Numbered from the stretch's first letter, positions 37,209-47,585 are shown. The stretch is DNA of 64,000 nucleotides from Acidocella sp. (GCA_965199125.1 OZ240683.1:553013-617012), one strand, 5' to 3'. Program-made: numbers and translations. Notes: generated by a model from the sequence alone, not told the origin.

Positions 37209-37909
37209 TGGTGATCCCGCGAGAGCGTTATAGACGCTTGATCGCCCCAGGCATCGCCGCCTTCACTGCCTTCTGGCTGCTCATCGCCCTCGGCGTCTGG
37301 CAACTCCACCGGCTGAAATGGAAACTGGCGATCGTAGCCGCCATCCATGCCGCCGCCATTTCCCCGCCGGTGCCGTTGCCCGCCCATCCCAGCCCGTTCG
37401 AGAAAGTCATCATCGCCGGCCAATGGGTCGCCGGTAAAGCCGCGCTGTACGGCGATGAAGTCCACGACTCCCCGCACGGCCCGATCGCCGGCGGCGAGCT
37501 GATCATGCCGCTGCGCGCCACCTCCGGCACCATCTGGCTGGTCGATCTCGGCTGGGTGCCGCAAACCATCCCGACGCCGCTGACCAATCCGCCGCCTGCC
37601 ATCGGCTACGTGCACGGGCCGATCCAACCCGGCTGGTTCGCCGGCACCGACGACCCCGCCGCCCGCCTGTTTTACACGCTCGACCCCGTCCGCATCGCGG
37701 CCGGCCTTGGCCTGCAAGCCGTGGCGCCCGATGTGCTGATCGCGATGGGGCCGCTGCCACCGCCCGGCTCGCCGCTGCCGCAGCCGGCGCAGGATTTGCC
37801 CACGCCGCCGAACAACCACTACGGCTATGCCCTCACCTGGTTCGGCTTCGCCGGCGTGCTGATCTTTCAATTCATCTTCTTCGCTCGCAAAAGGCTCCTG
37901 GACCCATGA
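37208..37909 (+). CDS. SURF1 family cytochrome oxidase biogenesis protein
   Basis: LGVWQLHRL.WK, VDLGWVP, PNNHYGYALTWF. Start uncertain. Confidence 0.92.
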   Translation: MVIPRERYRRLIAPGIAAFTAFWLLIALGVWQLHRLKWKLAIVAAIHAAAISPPVPLPAHPSPFEKVIIAGQWVAGKAALYGDEVHDSPHGPIAGGELIMPLRATSGTIWLVDLGWVPQTIPTPLTNPPPAIGYVHGPIQPGWFAGTDDPAARLFYTLDPVRIAAGLGLQAVAPDVLIAMGPLPPPGSPLPQPAQDLPTPPNNHYGYALTWFGFAGVLIFQFIFFARKRLLDP

Positions 37910-39384
37910 CCATCACCGCCTACACCCGCGCCACCACCCGCTTCGCCCGCATCGCCGCGTTGAACGAGGCCGCCGCCGTGCTGAATTGGGACGCCGCCAC
38001 CATGATGCCGGCCGGGGGCGCCGCCGCCCGCGGCGAGCAACTCGCCACGCTGGCCGGCCTCAGCCACGAGCTGCTGACAGCGCCCGAACTGGCCGACGAC
38101 CTTGCCGAAGCCGCGCCGCCCAACGATGAATGGGACTCCGTCAACCTCGCCTTGATGCGCGACGACGTGCGCCGCGCCACCGCCTTGCCGCGCGACCTGG
38201 TGGAGGCCGCGACCATCGCCGGCAACGCCTGCGAAATGATCTGGCGCACGGCTAAACCGCACTCCGACTTCACCGCCGTCACGGCCCCGCTGACCGAAGT
38301 CTTTAACCTCGCCCGCCAGGCCGCCACCATCCTCGGCCAGACCCTCGGCCTCTCACCTTATGACGCGCTGATGAGCCAGTACCAGCGCGGCATCACCTCC
38401 GCCGACGCCGCCGCGATTTTCGCCCGCTATGAAACCTTCCTCGCCACCGCCTTACCCGCCGCCGAAGCCCGCCAAAACGCCGCACCCACCGAGCCGCTGC
38501 CGCCCGGCCCATACCCGATCGCGGCGCAGGAAGCCACGTGCCGCCGCCTCGCCGGCGAGGCGGGCCTAAACTTTGGCCACGCCCGGCTGGACCGCTCCGC
38601 CCACCCGTTCTGCGGCGGCACGCCGACCGACATCCGCATCACTAACCGCTATAACGAGGCCAATGTCTGCGCCGCGCTGATGGGCACGCTGCACGAAACC
38701 GGCCACGCGCTGTACGAACAGAACCTGCCCCGCGCCTACGCCCGCCAGCCGGTAGGTGCTGCCGCCGGCATGGCCACCCATGAAAGCCAATCGCTGATCA
38801 TCGAAATGCAGGCTGTCCGCTCGGACGCCTATATCGGCTACCTTTCCACCGTGCTCTCGGAAGCCTTCGCCCGGCCGATCAGCGTCAGCGCTCTGCGCTC
38901 CGACCTGCGCCACGTCTCGCGCAGCTTTATCCGTGTCGATGCCGATGAGATGACCTACCCCGCTCACGTCCTGCTGCGCTTCCGGCTGGAACAAGCGCTG
39001 CTATCCGGCGATCTGCCGGTTGCCGAACTCCCCGCCGCCTGGAATGACGGCATGCACAACCTGCTCGGCATCACGCCGCCGGACCACGCGCACGGCTGCC
39101 TGCAGGACATCCACTGGTATTGCGGGCTGATCGGCTACTTTCCCAGCTACACGCTGGGCGCGATGGCCGCGGCGCAGCTGATGGCCGCCGCCCGCGCCGC
39201 CTTGCCCGACCTGGACACATCGCTGGCCCGCGGCGACGTCTCGCCCCTCACCACGTGGCTCACCGCAAACGTCCACCGCCACGGCGCCCGCCTCGGCTTC
39301 AACGAACTGCTAACCGCCGCCACCGGCGAACACCTGAACCCCGCCGCGTTCGAGACCCATCTGACCCGGCGCTATCTCGCTTAG
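37906..39384 (+). CDS. Carboxypeptidase, M32 family
   Basis: LNWD...MP.GG...R, HPF, HETGH (HEXXH), HESQS, IRVDADE.TY..H, GCLQDIHW, YFPSYTLG. Confidence 0.93.
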   Translation: MTITAYTRATTRFARIAALNEAAAVLNWDAATMMPAGGAAARGEQLATLAGLSHELLTAPELADDLAEAAPPNDEWDSVNLALMRDDVRRATALPRDLVEAATIAGNACEMIWRTAKPHSDFTAVTAPLTEVFNLARQAATILGQTLGLSPYDALMSQYQRGITSADAAAIFARYETFLATALPAAEARQNAAPTEPLPPGPYPIAAQEATCRRLAGEAGLNFGHARLDRSAHPFCGGTPTDIRITNRYNEANVCAALMGTLHETGHALYEQNLPRAYARQPVGAAAGMATHESQSLIIEMQAVRSDAYIGYLSTVLSEAFARPISVSALRSDLRHVSRSFIRVDADEMTYPAHVLLRFRLEQALLSGDLPVAELPAAWNDGMHNLLGITPPDHAHGCLQDIHWYCGLIGYFPSYTLGAMAAAQLMAAARAALPDLDTSLARGDVSPLTTWLTANVHRHGARLGFNELLTAATGEHLNPAAFETHLTRRYLA

Positions 39385-39398
39385 AGCAACCACATCAC

Positions 39399-39422
39399 AT
39401 GCCGGCGGGGGCCGGCATGACG
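39399..39422 (-). repeat. CGTC-tagged REP, family 2, partial arm
   Basis: ATGCCGGCGGGGGCCGGCATGACG resembles the right arm of 53494-53601. Confidence 0.6.
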
Positions 39423-39500
39423 ATGTGGAGTTTCTTTTGCGCTGCGCCTCGCACCAAACCGCAAGGTGCTTATATGCATCTCATACGGTGGAGAAGGCTG

Positions 39501-39821
39501 ATGACGCGCTGGTTGCTGGCCACGATTTTCAGCTTGGGACTGCCCAGCCTCGCCCTAGCGCAGAGCGGCAACTCGGTGGGCTCCGGCGTCACCGCTAATT
39601 CCAATAGCCTGACCGGCCCGAACATCGACACCGCCAACGGCATCAACGCCAACGGCACGCCAAAGTCGCAATCCCCTGGCGCTTCGATGACGGTCGGCGC
39701 CGGTAACAGCACCATGACCCCGGGCGTTGCCGGCGGCCCGCCGAACCCACCCGCCATCCTTGGTGGCCCACCAACCGGCACGGCCACGCCCACGATCAAC
39801 GGTGCGCCGGCTTCGCCATAG
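39501..39821 (+). CDS. Small secreted low-complexity (Gly/Asn/Pro/Thr-rich) protein
   Basis: GGAGAAGG RBS, ATG 39501, signal peptide MTRWLLATIFSLGLPSLALA/Q. Confidence 0.65.
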   Translation: MTRWLLATIFSLGLPSLALAQSGNSVGSGVTANSNSLTGPNIDTANGINANGTPKSQSPGASMTVGAGNSTMTPGVAGGPPNPPAILGGPPTGTATPTINGAPASP

Positions 39822-39822
39822 C

Positions 39823-39926
39823 CGTCATCGCGAGCGAAGCGAAGCAATCCCGCCGTGAAACATTCGGTAATTCTCAGTAAGTCGCCGACTGCCCGGATGG
39901 ATCGCTTTGCCGCGCTCGCATTGACG
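39823..39926. repeat. CGTC-tagged REP doublet, family 1
   Basis: CGTCATCGCGAGCGAAGCGAAGCAATCC ... GGATCGCTTTGCCGCGCTCGCATTGACG between convergent genes. Confidence 0.85.
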
Positions 39927-39941
39927 AGGCGGCGACGCTAA

Positions 39942-40403
39942 TCAGGCGGTCGCGAAACTGGCGCCTGGTAGACCGACCAGCTGAGACGCCTCGCGCACGC
40001 GGCGCGTGGCGGCGCCGATCATGCCGGTCAGCCGGATCACGGTGTTGTCGGCCAAACGCAACGACGCCGCCTCCGGCATCTTGATCTCAGCCACCGGCTC
40101 AGCATCACGCAAGTCCAGAAATCCTCCCAGGCGGTCATCGACGAATGTCATCACCAGTTCGCCGCTCTCAAACGTCAGCGCGGGCGCCTGGGCCTGCGCC
40201 TCGGCAAACACCGCGCCGGTTACGGATTCGCTCACCAAGGCCGCGGCGCCCGCCGGCACCAGCAACGCATCAGCGCCGACGAACGGCAGCCGGTTCGGCG
40301 ACGCGTGCGCGATCAGTTCAGCCGCGGACACCACATCCCGTGCCTCGGCCGCGGTTTCACGACACGCGGCATCCGGATGCCAGCAGCCAGCGGCGATGTT
40401 CAT
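39942..40403 (-). CDS. Hypothetical protein
   Basis: Open frame with GC-ending codons; no family recognised; start uncertain (40403 or 40499). Confidence 0.45.
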   Translation of the reverse strand: MNIAAGCWHPDAACRETAAEARDVVSAAELIAHASPNRLPFVGADALLVPAGAAALVSESVTGAVFAEAQAQAPALTFESGELVMTFVDDRLGGFLDLRDAEPVAEIKMPEAASLRLADNTVIRLTGMIGAATRRVREASQLVGLPGASFATA

Positions 40404-40630
40404 TGGCCCGGCCCAGGATTGACCGGCAGCCGATCCAACCGAATCGCCATCTTCAAAAGCCCATGGCGCAATTTTCAACGAAATATGCACGTTCATCATC
40501 CTTGATCTGGCTGGCGATCACGCGACCGTCCACCGTCATATAGTTAGTACCCTAACGTAATCCGCCCCCGCTGCCAACAAATCCTCGCGGCGGCTTTATT
40601 TTGACCGCCCGGTGGTGGCATAAGGCCGGG

Positions 40631-41299
40631 ATGCGCACCCTCTACCACCTGCCGCTATCGCCTTATGCGCGGAAGGTCCGCATGGTGCTGGCGGAAAAGC
40701 GCCTGCCATTCGAGCTGCTGGTGGAAAAAGTCTGGCAGCGCCGCCCCGAGTATCTGGAGCTGAACCCCGCCTGCACCGTCCCCACGCTGGTTGAGGATAA
40801 CGGCCTGGTGATCCCGGATTCCAACGCGATCTGCGAGTACCTGGACGAGGCCTACCCGGAAACCTCCCTGCTCGGCCGCACCATCGGCGAACGTGTGGAA
40901 ACCCGTCGCCTGGTCGCCTGGTTCGACCAGAAATTGTTCGGCGACGTCGCCCGCAACCTGCTCTGGGAGAAAACCATGAAGCAGGCGCTCGGCCTCGGCG
41001 CACCCGACGCCGCCGCGCTGCGCACCGGCTACGCGCAGCTGAAACCGCATCTCACCTATATCGGCACGTTGGCGGAGAACCGGAAATGGCTTGCCGGCGC
41101 CTCGCTCTCGTTGGCCGATTTCGCCGCCGCCGCCATGCTGTCCTCGCTCGACTTCATCGGCGATGTGGACTGGAGCCTCTCGCCCCCGGCGAAAGACTGG
41201 TACGCCCGCATGAAATCCCGCCCCTCGTTCCGCACGATTTTAGCCGACCGCGTGAACGGCATGGCCCCGCCGCCGCACTACGCCGATCTGGATTTCTGA
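40631..41299 (+). CDS. Glutathione S-transferase family protein
   Basis: LYHLPLSPYARKVR, LNPACTVPTL, DSNAICEYLDE, SLADFAAAA..S.LD, WY.RMKSRPSFR. Confidence 0.92.
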   Translation: MRTLYHLPLSPYARKVRMVLAEKRLPFELLVEKVWQRRPEYLELNPACTVPTLVEDNGLVIPDSNAICEYLDEAYPETSLLGRTIGERVETRRLVAWFDQKLFGDVARNLLWEKTMKQALGLGAPDAAALRTGYAQLKPHLTYIGTLAENRKWLAGASLSLADFAAAAMLSSLDFIGDVDWSLSPPAKDWYARMKSRPSFRTILADRVNGMAPPPHYADLDF

Positions 41300-41301
41300 T
41301 G

Positions 41302-41349
41302 AAGCAAGCAAGAGCCTCCGGCGGCTGGGGCCGGGAGGCCCCAGACCCC
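41302..41349 (+). repeat. GC-rich REP, family 3
   Basis: AAGCAAG...CCTCCGGCGGCTGGGGCCGGGAGGCCCCAGACCCC; second copy at 52178-52243. Confidence 0.75.
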
Positions 41350-41380
41350 GTGACTTTCCGACGCGGGGTTATGCCAAAGC

Positions 41381-41485
41381 CGTCATTGCGAGCGGAGCGA
41401 AGCAATCCAGCCGGCCAGCAAGCGACGCATCCCGAATGTCCTCGATGTTTCGGGGCTGGATTGCTTCGCTCCGCTCGCAATGACG
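41381..41485. repeat. CGTC-tagged REP doublet, family 1
   Basis: CGTCATTGCGAGCGGAGCGAAGCAATCC ... GGATTGCTTCGCTCCGCTCGCAATGACG with perfectly complementary arms. Confidence 0.92.
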
Positions 41486-41644
41486 CTGATTGCGCTTCGC
41501 GCGAAACCCGTTTCTTGGTTCGGTTGAAAAAGCCGTTTCTTCGTCCCGGCCAAACCTCCCAGAGCGCCGCGCGGAATGCGGGTCAAAGTCGCGCGTCAGC
41601 GCGCCGCGCAGCGGCTTGACATTGACGCGCATGAGCACGGCGCG

Positions 41645-42526
41645 ATGATCGGGAAAGCCGGCCCACGCAACCTCCTGATCTTCGGCTTCGGCTACTCCGG
41701 CCGCGCCATCGCCAAAGCAGCACGCGCCGCCGGCTTCACCGTCACCGTCACCTCCCGCGATCCAGCGGCGCAGCTCCCGGAAACCGGCGTCACCCTCATC
41801 GACTTCACGGAAGCCGAGGACGCGCTGTCTGAAGCCTCGCATCTGGTTGCAACAGCGGCGCCGGATGAGCGGGGCGATCCGGTGCTGGCGCGTTACGCGG
41901 CACAGATCGTGGTGGCGGATCATCTGGCCTGGGCCGGTTACCTCTCCACCACCGGCGTCTATGGCAACCGCGATGGCGGCTGGGTGGATGAGGACACCGC
42001 GCCCGCCCCCACATCGCCGCGCGCGCAACGGCGCGTGACGGCGGAACGGGATTGGGCCGCTTGCGGCGCGGCGGCGGTGGACATCTTCCGCCTCGCCGGC
42101 ATTTACGGCCCCGGCCGCTCGATGTTCGACGACCTGCGTGAAGGCACCGCCCGGCGCGTGGTTAAGCCCGGCCACCAGTTCGGCCGCATCCACCGCGACG
42201 ACATCGCGCAGGGCGTACTGGCGGCGATGCTCCAGAACCCGCCCCCCGGCACCCGCATCTTCAACTTCTCGGACGACGAACCCGCCGCCAGCGCCGACGT
42301 GGTGGTGGAAGCCGCCCGCTTGGCTGGCGTGGACCCGCCGGAGCCGGTGCCGTTCGACGAAGCGGCACCGCGCATGAGCCCGATGGGCCTGTCCTTCTGG
42401 TCGGAAAACCGCCGCGTCGCCAACGCCAAAACCAAAGCGGCGCTCAACCTCGCCTGGCGCTACCCCACCTACCGCGAAGGCTTAATCGCCATTCTCGCCG
42501 AGGAGCGCGAACAAGGTCTGCTCTAA
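41645..42526 (+). CDS. NAD-dependent epimerase/dehydratase (atypical SDR, YeeZ-like)
   Basis: LLIFGFGYSG, YLSTTGVYG..DG.WVDE, FRLAGIYGPGR, RIHRDDI, YPTYREG. Confidence 0.9.
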   Translation: MIGKAGPRNLLIFGFGYSGRAIAKAARAAGFTVTVTSRDPAAQLPETGVTLIDFTEAEDALSEASHLVATAAPDERGDPVLARYAAQIVVADHLAWAGYLSTTGVYGNRDGGWVDEDTAPAPTSPRAQRRVTAERDWAACGAAAVDIFRLAGIYGPGRSMFDDLREGTARRVVKPGHQFGRIHRDDIAQGVLAAMLQNPPPGTRIFNFSDDEPAASADVVVEAARLAGVDPPEPVPFDEAAPRMSPMGLSFWSENRRVANAKTKAALNLAWRYPTYREGLIAILAEEREQGLL

Positions 42527-43228
42527 CAATTTCAGGTCCCGCGGCCGGGACAGGCGATGGTCGCCATCCTTGAGGAAGGTCAGCCGCACATCCTCGCTGG
42601 CGAGGCAGGCAGCGAGGTCCAGGCTGGTCTGCCATGGCACATCCGCGTCCTTCATGCCGTGCAGCACCCGCACGGGACAGGTCACGCCGATCGGACCGTT
42701 CAGCAGCAGATGCCTGGCCCCATCCTGCAGCAGTTTCCAAGTCAGCGGCATCGGCTCTCCATACGCGCTTGGCCGGTAGATCACCCCCTCCGTCTCTAGC
42801 CGCTGCAGCACGGCGACAGGCAGACGCGGCCGGATTAAAAGCTCGGTGAAATCCGGCGCCGGCGCGACCAACAACATCGCCCGTACCCGTGCGCCGAACC
42901 GCAGCGCCAGCAGCAGCGCGATCCAGCCGCCCATCGACGACCCCACCAGCAACAGCGGTTCCTCGCCCAGCGCATTCGCGACCACCTGCGCCGCGTCCTC
43001 CACCCAATCGCCGATGCAGCCATCGATAAACTTGCCCCCGGACGCGCCGTGCCCGCTATAATCCAGCCGCAGCATCGCCTGCCCCCGCGCCGCGCACGCA
43101 TCTCGCAGCAACATGGCTTTCGTGCCCGTCATATCCGAAGCGAAGCCCGGCAAAAACACCACCACCGGCGCCGCCCCCGGCAGCATCTCGTAAGCCAGCT
43201 CAATCCCCTGCCGCGTCGTCGTGGCCAA
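42482..43228 (-). CDS. Alpha/beta hydrolase
   Basis: VVFLPGFASDM.GTKA, DYSGHG.S.G, GSSMGG nucleophile elbow, HGMKDADVP, GDHRLSR; TTG start after GGAGG. Confidence 0.92.
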   Translation of the reverse strand: MATTTRQGIELAYEMLPGAAPVVVFLPGFASDMTGTKAMLLRDACAARGQAMLRLDYSGHGASGGKFIDGCIGDWVEDAAQVVANALGEEPLLLVGSSMGGWIALLLALRFGARVRAMLLVAPAPDFTELLIRPRLPVAVLQRLETEGVIYRPSAYGEPMPLTWKLLQDGARHLLLNGPIGVTCPVRVLHGMKDADVPWQTSLDLAACLASEDVRLTFLKDGDHRLSRPRDLKLLEQTLFALLGENGD

Positions 43229-43271
43229 GCCTGCCTCCCTTCCGCTTCGGTTCCGTGTTAGCGCCCGGCGA

Positions 43272-44408
43272 ATGAATGATCGACCCCTCACCATCTTGCA
43301 GGTGCTGCCGAGGCTGGACACCGGCGGTGCCGAACGCGTGGCGGTGGAGATTTGCGAGGCGGTGGTGGCCGCCGGCCACCTCGCGCTGATCGCCTGTGAA
43401 ACCGGGCCGCTGGCGCAAGCGGCGTTCCGCGCCGGCGCGGAGATCATCGAACTGCCGCTCGCCACGAAATCGCCGCTCGCGATCCGCCGCAACGCCGGCC
43501 GCCTGACGAAGCTGATCCGCGCCCGCGGCGTTAATCTGGTTCACGCCCATAGCCGCGCGCCGGCCTGGTCCGCGCTATCGGCGGCGCGGCGCACGGGCGT
43601 GCCGCTCGTCACCAGCTATCACGGCGTATACAACGAAAAGACCTTCGGCAAGCGCCGCTATAACGCGGTGATGGCCTCGGGTGCACGGGTGATCGCGGTC
43701 AGCGACTTCGTCGCCGGCCTGGTTCGCGCCCGCCACGGCGTGGCCGACGACCGCCTGCGCGTCATCCCCGGCGGCGTCGATGCCGCCAAATTCGACCCCG
43801 CCGCCGTACTCGGCGACCGCATCGGCCGGCTGGCGCGCGACTGGCGCCTGCCGCTCGGCGCGCCAACAATTTTGCTCCCCGGCCGGCTCACCAGCTGGAA
43901 AGGCCACAAAACGCTGATCGCCGCGCTGGCGGCGCTCCGCCACACCGACGCCGTGGCGGTGCTGGTCGGCGACGACCAGGGCCGTAGCGCCTACACCCAG
44001 GAGCTGATCGCGCTGGCGCAGCGCCTCGGCATCGCGGATCGGCTGCGCCTACCTGGCGCCACCGACGACATGCCCGCCGCCTGCATGTTGGCCGACATCG
44101 TGGTCAACGCCTCCACCGACCCCGAAGCGTTCGGCCGCACCATCATCGAGGCGCAGGCGATGGGCCGACTGGTGATCGCCACCGACCATGGCGGTGCCCG
44201 CGAGACCATCCGCGATGGCGAAACCGGTTTTCTGGTCCCGCCCGGTGACGCGCCGGCGCTGGCCGCCGCCATCGACGCACTGCTGGACATGCCGGCCGCC
44301 GAACGCATCGCCCACGGCCAGCACACCCGCGCCGTGGTCAGCGCCGAGTATAGCATCGCCGCGATGCAGGCGGCCGTACTCGGCGTGTATGGCGAGCTGC
44401 TGGAGTGA
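43272..44408 (+). CDS. Glycosyltransferase family 4
   Basis: GGAER, HAHSRAPAWS, PGRLTSWKGH, EAFGRTIIEAQAMG. Confidence 0.92.
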   Translation: MNDRPLTILQVLPRLDTGGAERVAVEICEAVVAAGHLALIACETGPLAQAAFRAGAEIIELPLATKSPLAIRRNAGRLTKLIRARGVNLVHAHSRAPAWSALSAARRTGVPLVTSYHGVYNEKTFGKRRYNAVMASGARVIAVSDFVAGLVRARHGVADDRLRVIPGGVDAAKFDPAAVLGDRIGRLARDWRLPLGAPTILLPGRLTSWKGHKTLIAALAALRHTDAVAVLVGDDQGRSAYTQELIALAQRLGIADRLRLPGATDDMPAACMLADIVVNASTDPEAFGRTIIEAQAMGRLVIATDHGGARETIRDGETGFLVPPGDAPALAAAIDALLDMPAAERIAHGQHTRAVVSAEYSIAAMQAAVLGVYGELLE

Positions 44409-45301
44409 AAATCCTGGTCATCAAGCACGGCGCGCTCGGCGACATCGTGCTGGCTTTCTCTGCTTTCGCCGCCATCCGCAACGCCCATCCCGCCGACAGC
44501 ATCACGCTGCTGACGACCGCGCCCTTCGCGCCGTTTCTTGCAGCCAGCCCGTGGTTCAACCGGATCGAAACCGACACGCGCCCGGCGCCCTGGAACCTGC
44601 CTGGCCTGCTGCGGCTGCGCCGCCAATTGCGCGGCTTTGATATGGTGTACGACCTGCAAACCTCGGCGCGCTCCTCGCGCTACTTTGCGCTGGCTGGGCG
44701 CCCGCGCTGGAACGGCATCGCGCCGGGCTGCGCGCTGCCGCACGCCAACCTCAATCGCAACAAGATGCACACGCGCGAGCGCCTAGCCGAACAACTGGCT
44801 TGCGCCGGCATCCCCGCATTGCCCCCGCCGGACCTCGTATGGCTGCAAACCGACATCGCCCGCTTCAACCTGCCAACGGACTATACCGTGCTGGCGCCCG
44901 GCGCCGCGCCGCACCGGCCGGAAAAGCGCTGGCCCGCCGCCAGCTTCGGCGCCCTCGCCGCGCAACTGCCGCATCCCGCCGTGATCATCGGCACGGCAGC
45001 CGAAACCCCACTCGCCGCCATCATCCGGCAAAGCGCACCCGCCGCCCGCGACCTCACCGGCCAGACCAACCTGATCGAGCTGGCCTCGATCATCGCCAGC
45101 GCCCGCCTCGCGATCGGCAACGATACCGGCCCGCAACATCTCGCCGCCGCGCTCGGCGTCCCCTCCGTCGTCCTGTTCGGCGGCGCCAGCGACCCGGCGC
45201 TGACCGCGCCGCGCTTGCCGGACGGCGGTTGGCCCATCATCCTGCGCGCGCCTGATCTGGCCGCGCTGCCGGTTGCGCGGGTGCTCGCCGCCCTGCCATA
45301 A
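44405..45301 (+). CDS. Glycosyltransferase family 9 (heptosyltransferase-like)
   Basis: [31 protein letters not shown]. Confidence 0.92.
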   Translation: MKILVIKHGALGDIVLAFSAFAAIRNAHPADSITLLTTAPFAPFLAASPWFNRIETDTRPAPWNLPGLLRLRRQLRGFDMVYDLQTSARSSRYFALAGRPRWNGIAPGCALPHANLNRNKMHTRERLAEQLACAGIPALPPPDLVWLQTDIARFNLPTDYTVLAPGAAPHRPEKRWPAASFGALAAQLPHPAVIIGTAAETPLAAIIRQSAPAARDLTGQTNLIELASIIASARLAIGNDTGPQHLAAALGVPSVVLFGGASDPALTAPRLPDGGWPIILRAPDLAALPVARVLAALP

Positions 45302-45329
45302 CGCGCGACCTTCCCCCGGAGACTTTTCT

Positions 45330-47249
45330 ATGCCCGCGATCACCTTGCCCGACGGTTCCATCCGCCAGTTCGACGGCGCGGTGAAGGGCACCGCGGTCGC
45401 CGCCGCCGTCGGCCCCGGCCTCGCCCGCGCCGCGCTGGCGATGGAAGTGGACGGCGCGCTGCAGGACCTGTCCCGCGAGATCGACAGCGACGCCGCCGTG
45501 AAGTTCGTCACACGCAAGGACGAAGCCGCCCTTGGCCTGATCCGCCACGACACCGCCCATGTGCTGGCCGAAGCGGTGCAGGCGCTGTACCCCGGCACCC
45601 AGGTCACCATCGGCCCCGCGATCGAAAACGGCTTCTATTACGACTTCGCCCGCAACCAGCCCTTCACGCCCGAAGACCTGCCCGCTATCGAAGCCAAAAT
45701 GCGCGAGATCATCGCCGCCAACGCCCCCTTCACCCGTGAGGTCTGGCCGCGCGAAGACGCCATCGCGTTCTTCGAGGCGAAAGGCGAGAGCTTCAAAGCC
45801 GAGCTGATCCGCGACCTGCCCGAAAGCGAAACCATAACCATCTACCGCCAGGGCGACTGGCTGGATCTGTGCCGTGGCCCGCATATGCGCGGCACCGGCG
45901 ACATCGGCGGCGCCTTCAAACTCACCAAAACCGCCGGCGCCTACTGGCGCGGCGACCACCGCAACCCGATGCTCAGCCGCATCTACGGCACCGCCTGGCG
46001 CGACCAAAAGGAGCTGGATGCCCATCTGCACCAGATCGAGGAGGCCGAGCGTCGCGACCACCGCCGCATCGGCCGGGAGATGGACCTGTTCCACATCCAG
46101 GAAGAAGCCGTCGGCTCGGTGTTCTGGCACCCGAAAGGCTGGAAGCTGTACCGCACGGTGGAAGCCTATATGCGCCGCCGCCTGGACGCCGCCGGCTACG
46201 AGGAAGTGCGCACGCCGCAACTGGTCGACCGCTCGCTGTGGGAAGCCTCCGGCCATTGGGAGAAATTCCGCAAAAGCATGTTCATCGCCGAGGTCGAGGA
46301 CGAAGATAAAACCCTCGCGCTGAAACCGATGAATTGCCCCTGCCATGTGCAGATTTTCAAACAGGGCCTGCGCTCTTACCGCCAGCTGCCGTTGCGCATG
46401 GCCGAGTTCGGCGCCTGCCACCGCTTCGAGCCCTCCGGCGCGCTGCACGGCCTCATGAGGGTCCGCGCTTTCACGCAGGACGACGCGCATATTTTCTGCA
46501 CCGAGGAGCAGATCGCGCCGGAGACGGTGAAGTTCGTCGAGCTGCTGACCGCGGTGTACGCGGATTTCGGCTTCGAGAGCTTCGCGATCAAATTCTCCGA
46601 CCGCCCGACCACGCGCGCGGGCAGCGACGAAGTATGGGACCGCGCCGAAGCCGCGCTGATTTCCGCCTGCGCTACCGCCGGCGTCGAGTTTATCGTCAAT
46701 CCCGGCGAGGGCGCGTTTTACGGCCCGAAGCTGGAATTCGTGCTGCGCGACGCGATCGGCCGGGACTGGCAATGCGGCACGTTGCAGGTGGACTTCGTAA
46801 TGCCGGAGCGGCTGGACGCCGAATATGTGACCTCAGAGAGCAGCCGCGCCCGCCCAGTGATGCTCCACCGCGCCATCCTCGGCAGCTTCGAGCGGTTCAT
46901 TGGCATTCTGATCGAACAATATGCCGGCCGCTTCCCGCTCTGGCTGGCGCCGGTGCAGGCGGTGGTGGCGACCATCGTCTCCGATACCGATGCCTACGCC
47001 GAGGAAGTCGCCGCCGCCTTGCGCGCCGCCGGCCTGACGGTGGAGCTCGACCTCTCCAACCAGAAAATCAACGCCAAAATCCGCGAACACAGCCTGACCC
47101 ACATTCCCAACATCCTCGTGCTCGGCCGCAAGGAAGCCGAAACCCGCACCGTCGCGCTGCGCCGGTTGGGCGGTGCGGCGCAGGAAGTGCTGGGGCTGGA
47201 GGAGGCGGTTGCGGCGTTAAAGGCCGAAGCGGCGCCACCGGATTTTTGA
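45330..47249 (+). CDS. thrS: Threonine--tRNA ligase
   Basis: [38 protein letters not shown]-type motif 2, [16 protein letters not shown]. Confidence 0.98.
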   Translation: MPAITLPDGSIRQFDGAVKGTAVAAAVGPGLARAALAMEVDGALQDLSREIDSDAAVKFVTRKDEAALGLIRHDTAHVLAEAVQALYPGTQVTIGPAIENGFYYDFARNQPFTPEDLPAIEAKMREIIAANAPFTREVWPREDAIAFFEAKGESFKAELIRDLPESETITIYRQGDWLDLCRGPHMRGTGDIGGAFKLTKTAGAYWRGDHRNPMLSRIYGTAWRDQKELDAHLHQIEEAERRDHRRIGREMDLFHIQEEAVGSVFWHPKGWKLYRTVEAYMRRRLDAAGYEEVRTPQLVDRSLWEASGHWEKFRKSMFIAEVEDEDKTLALKPMNCPCHVQIFKQGLRSYRQLPLRMAEFGACHRFEPSGALHGLMRVRAFTQDDAHIFCTEEQIAPETVKFVELLTAVYADFGFESFAIKFSDRPTTRAGSDEVWDRAEAALISACATAGVEFIVNPGEGAFYGPKLEFVLRDAIGRDWQCGTLQVDFVMPERLDAEYVTSESSRARPVMLHRAILGSFERFIGILIEQYAGRFPLWLAPVQAVVATIVSDTDAYAEEVAAALRAAGLTVELDLSNQKINAKIREHSLTHIPNILVLGRKEAETRTVALRRLGGAAQEVLGLEEAVAALKAEAAPPDF

Positions 47250-47585
47250 ATCCTTAAGAAACATTTGCGAAATAGAAGAAGGTTGTTCTGGAGTGAACGC
47301 CACCGGCATCAACCTCCCAAGAAAATTGCACACTAGTATCACTGCTCCGGCCAAACTCGCGGAGGCGCGTATGGAGCGTCTCAGCCTTTTGTCTTTCTCA
47401 TCGACCCAGTAAGTCGGAACGATTAAAGCGCCAACGCGGACTTCACCGTCTTTATTATAAAGATGCCGAGCGTCACCGACCGCGTTTTCAAAAAGGTTCT
47501 TCAATTCCTTTGGACTGGGCACTCGTTCCTCGGGCATATGCTGCTTGAACTCTATTGACCAAGTTTGCCGATCACTGTGGAGCAA
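47217..47585 (-). CDS. Low-GC hypothetical ORF, possibly a gene remnant
   Basis: 122-codon frame overlapping the thrS 3' end; no family recognised. Confidence 0.4.
   Translation of the reverse strand: MLHSDRQTWSIEFKQHMPEERVPSPKELKNLFENAVGDARHLYNKDGEVRVGALIVPTYWVDEKDKRLRRSIRASASLAGAVILVCNFLGRLMPVAFTPEQPSSISQMFLKDSKIRWRRFGL

Noticed and set aside
41616-41645. Perfect TTGACA upstream of the SDR gene
   Set aside because: No credible -10 hexamer at 16-18 nt spacing.
42482-42526. Convergent 3' overlaps (also 61381-61408) as an antisense control system
   Set aside because: Short tail-to-tail overlaps are common where stop codons are rare in GC-rich DNA; nothing else supports regulation.
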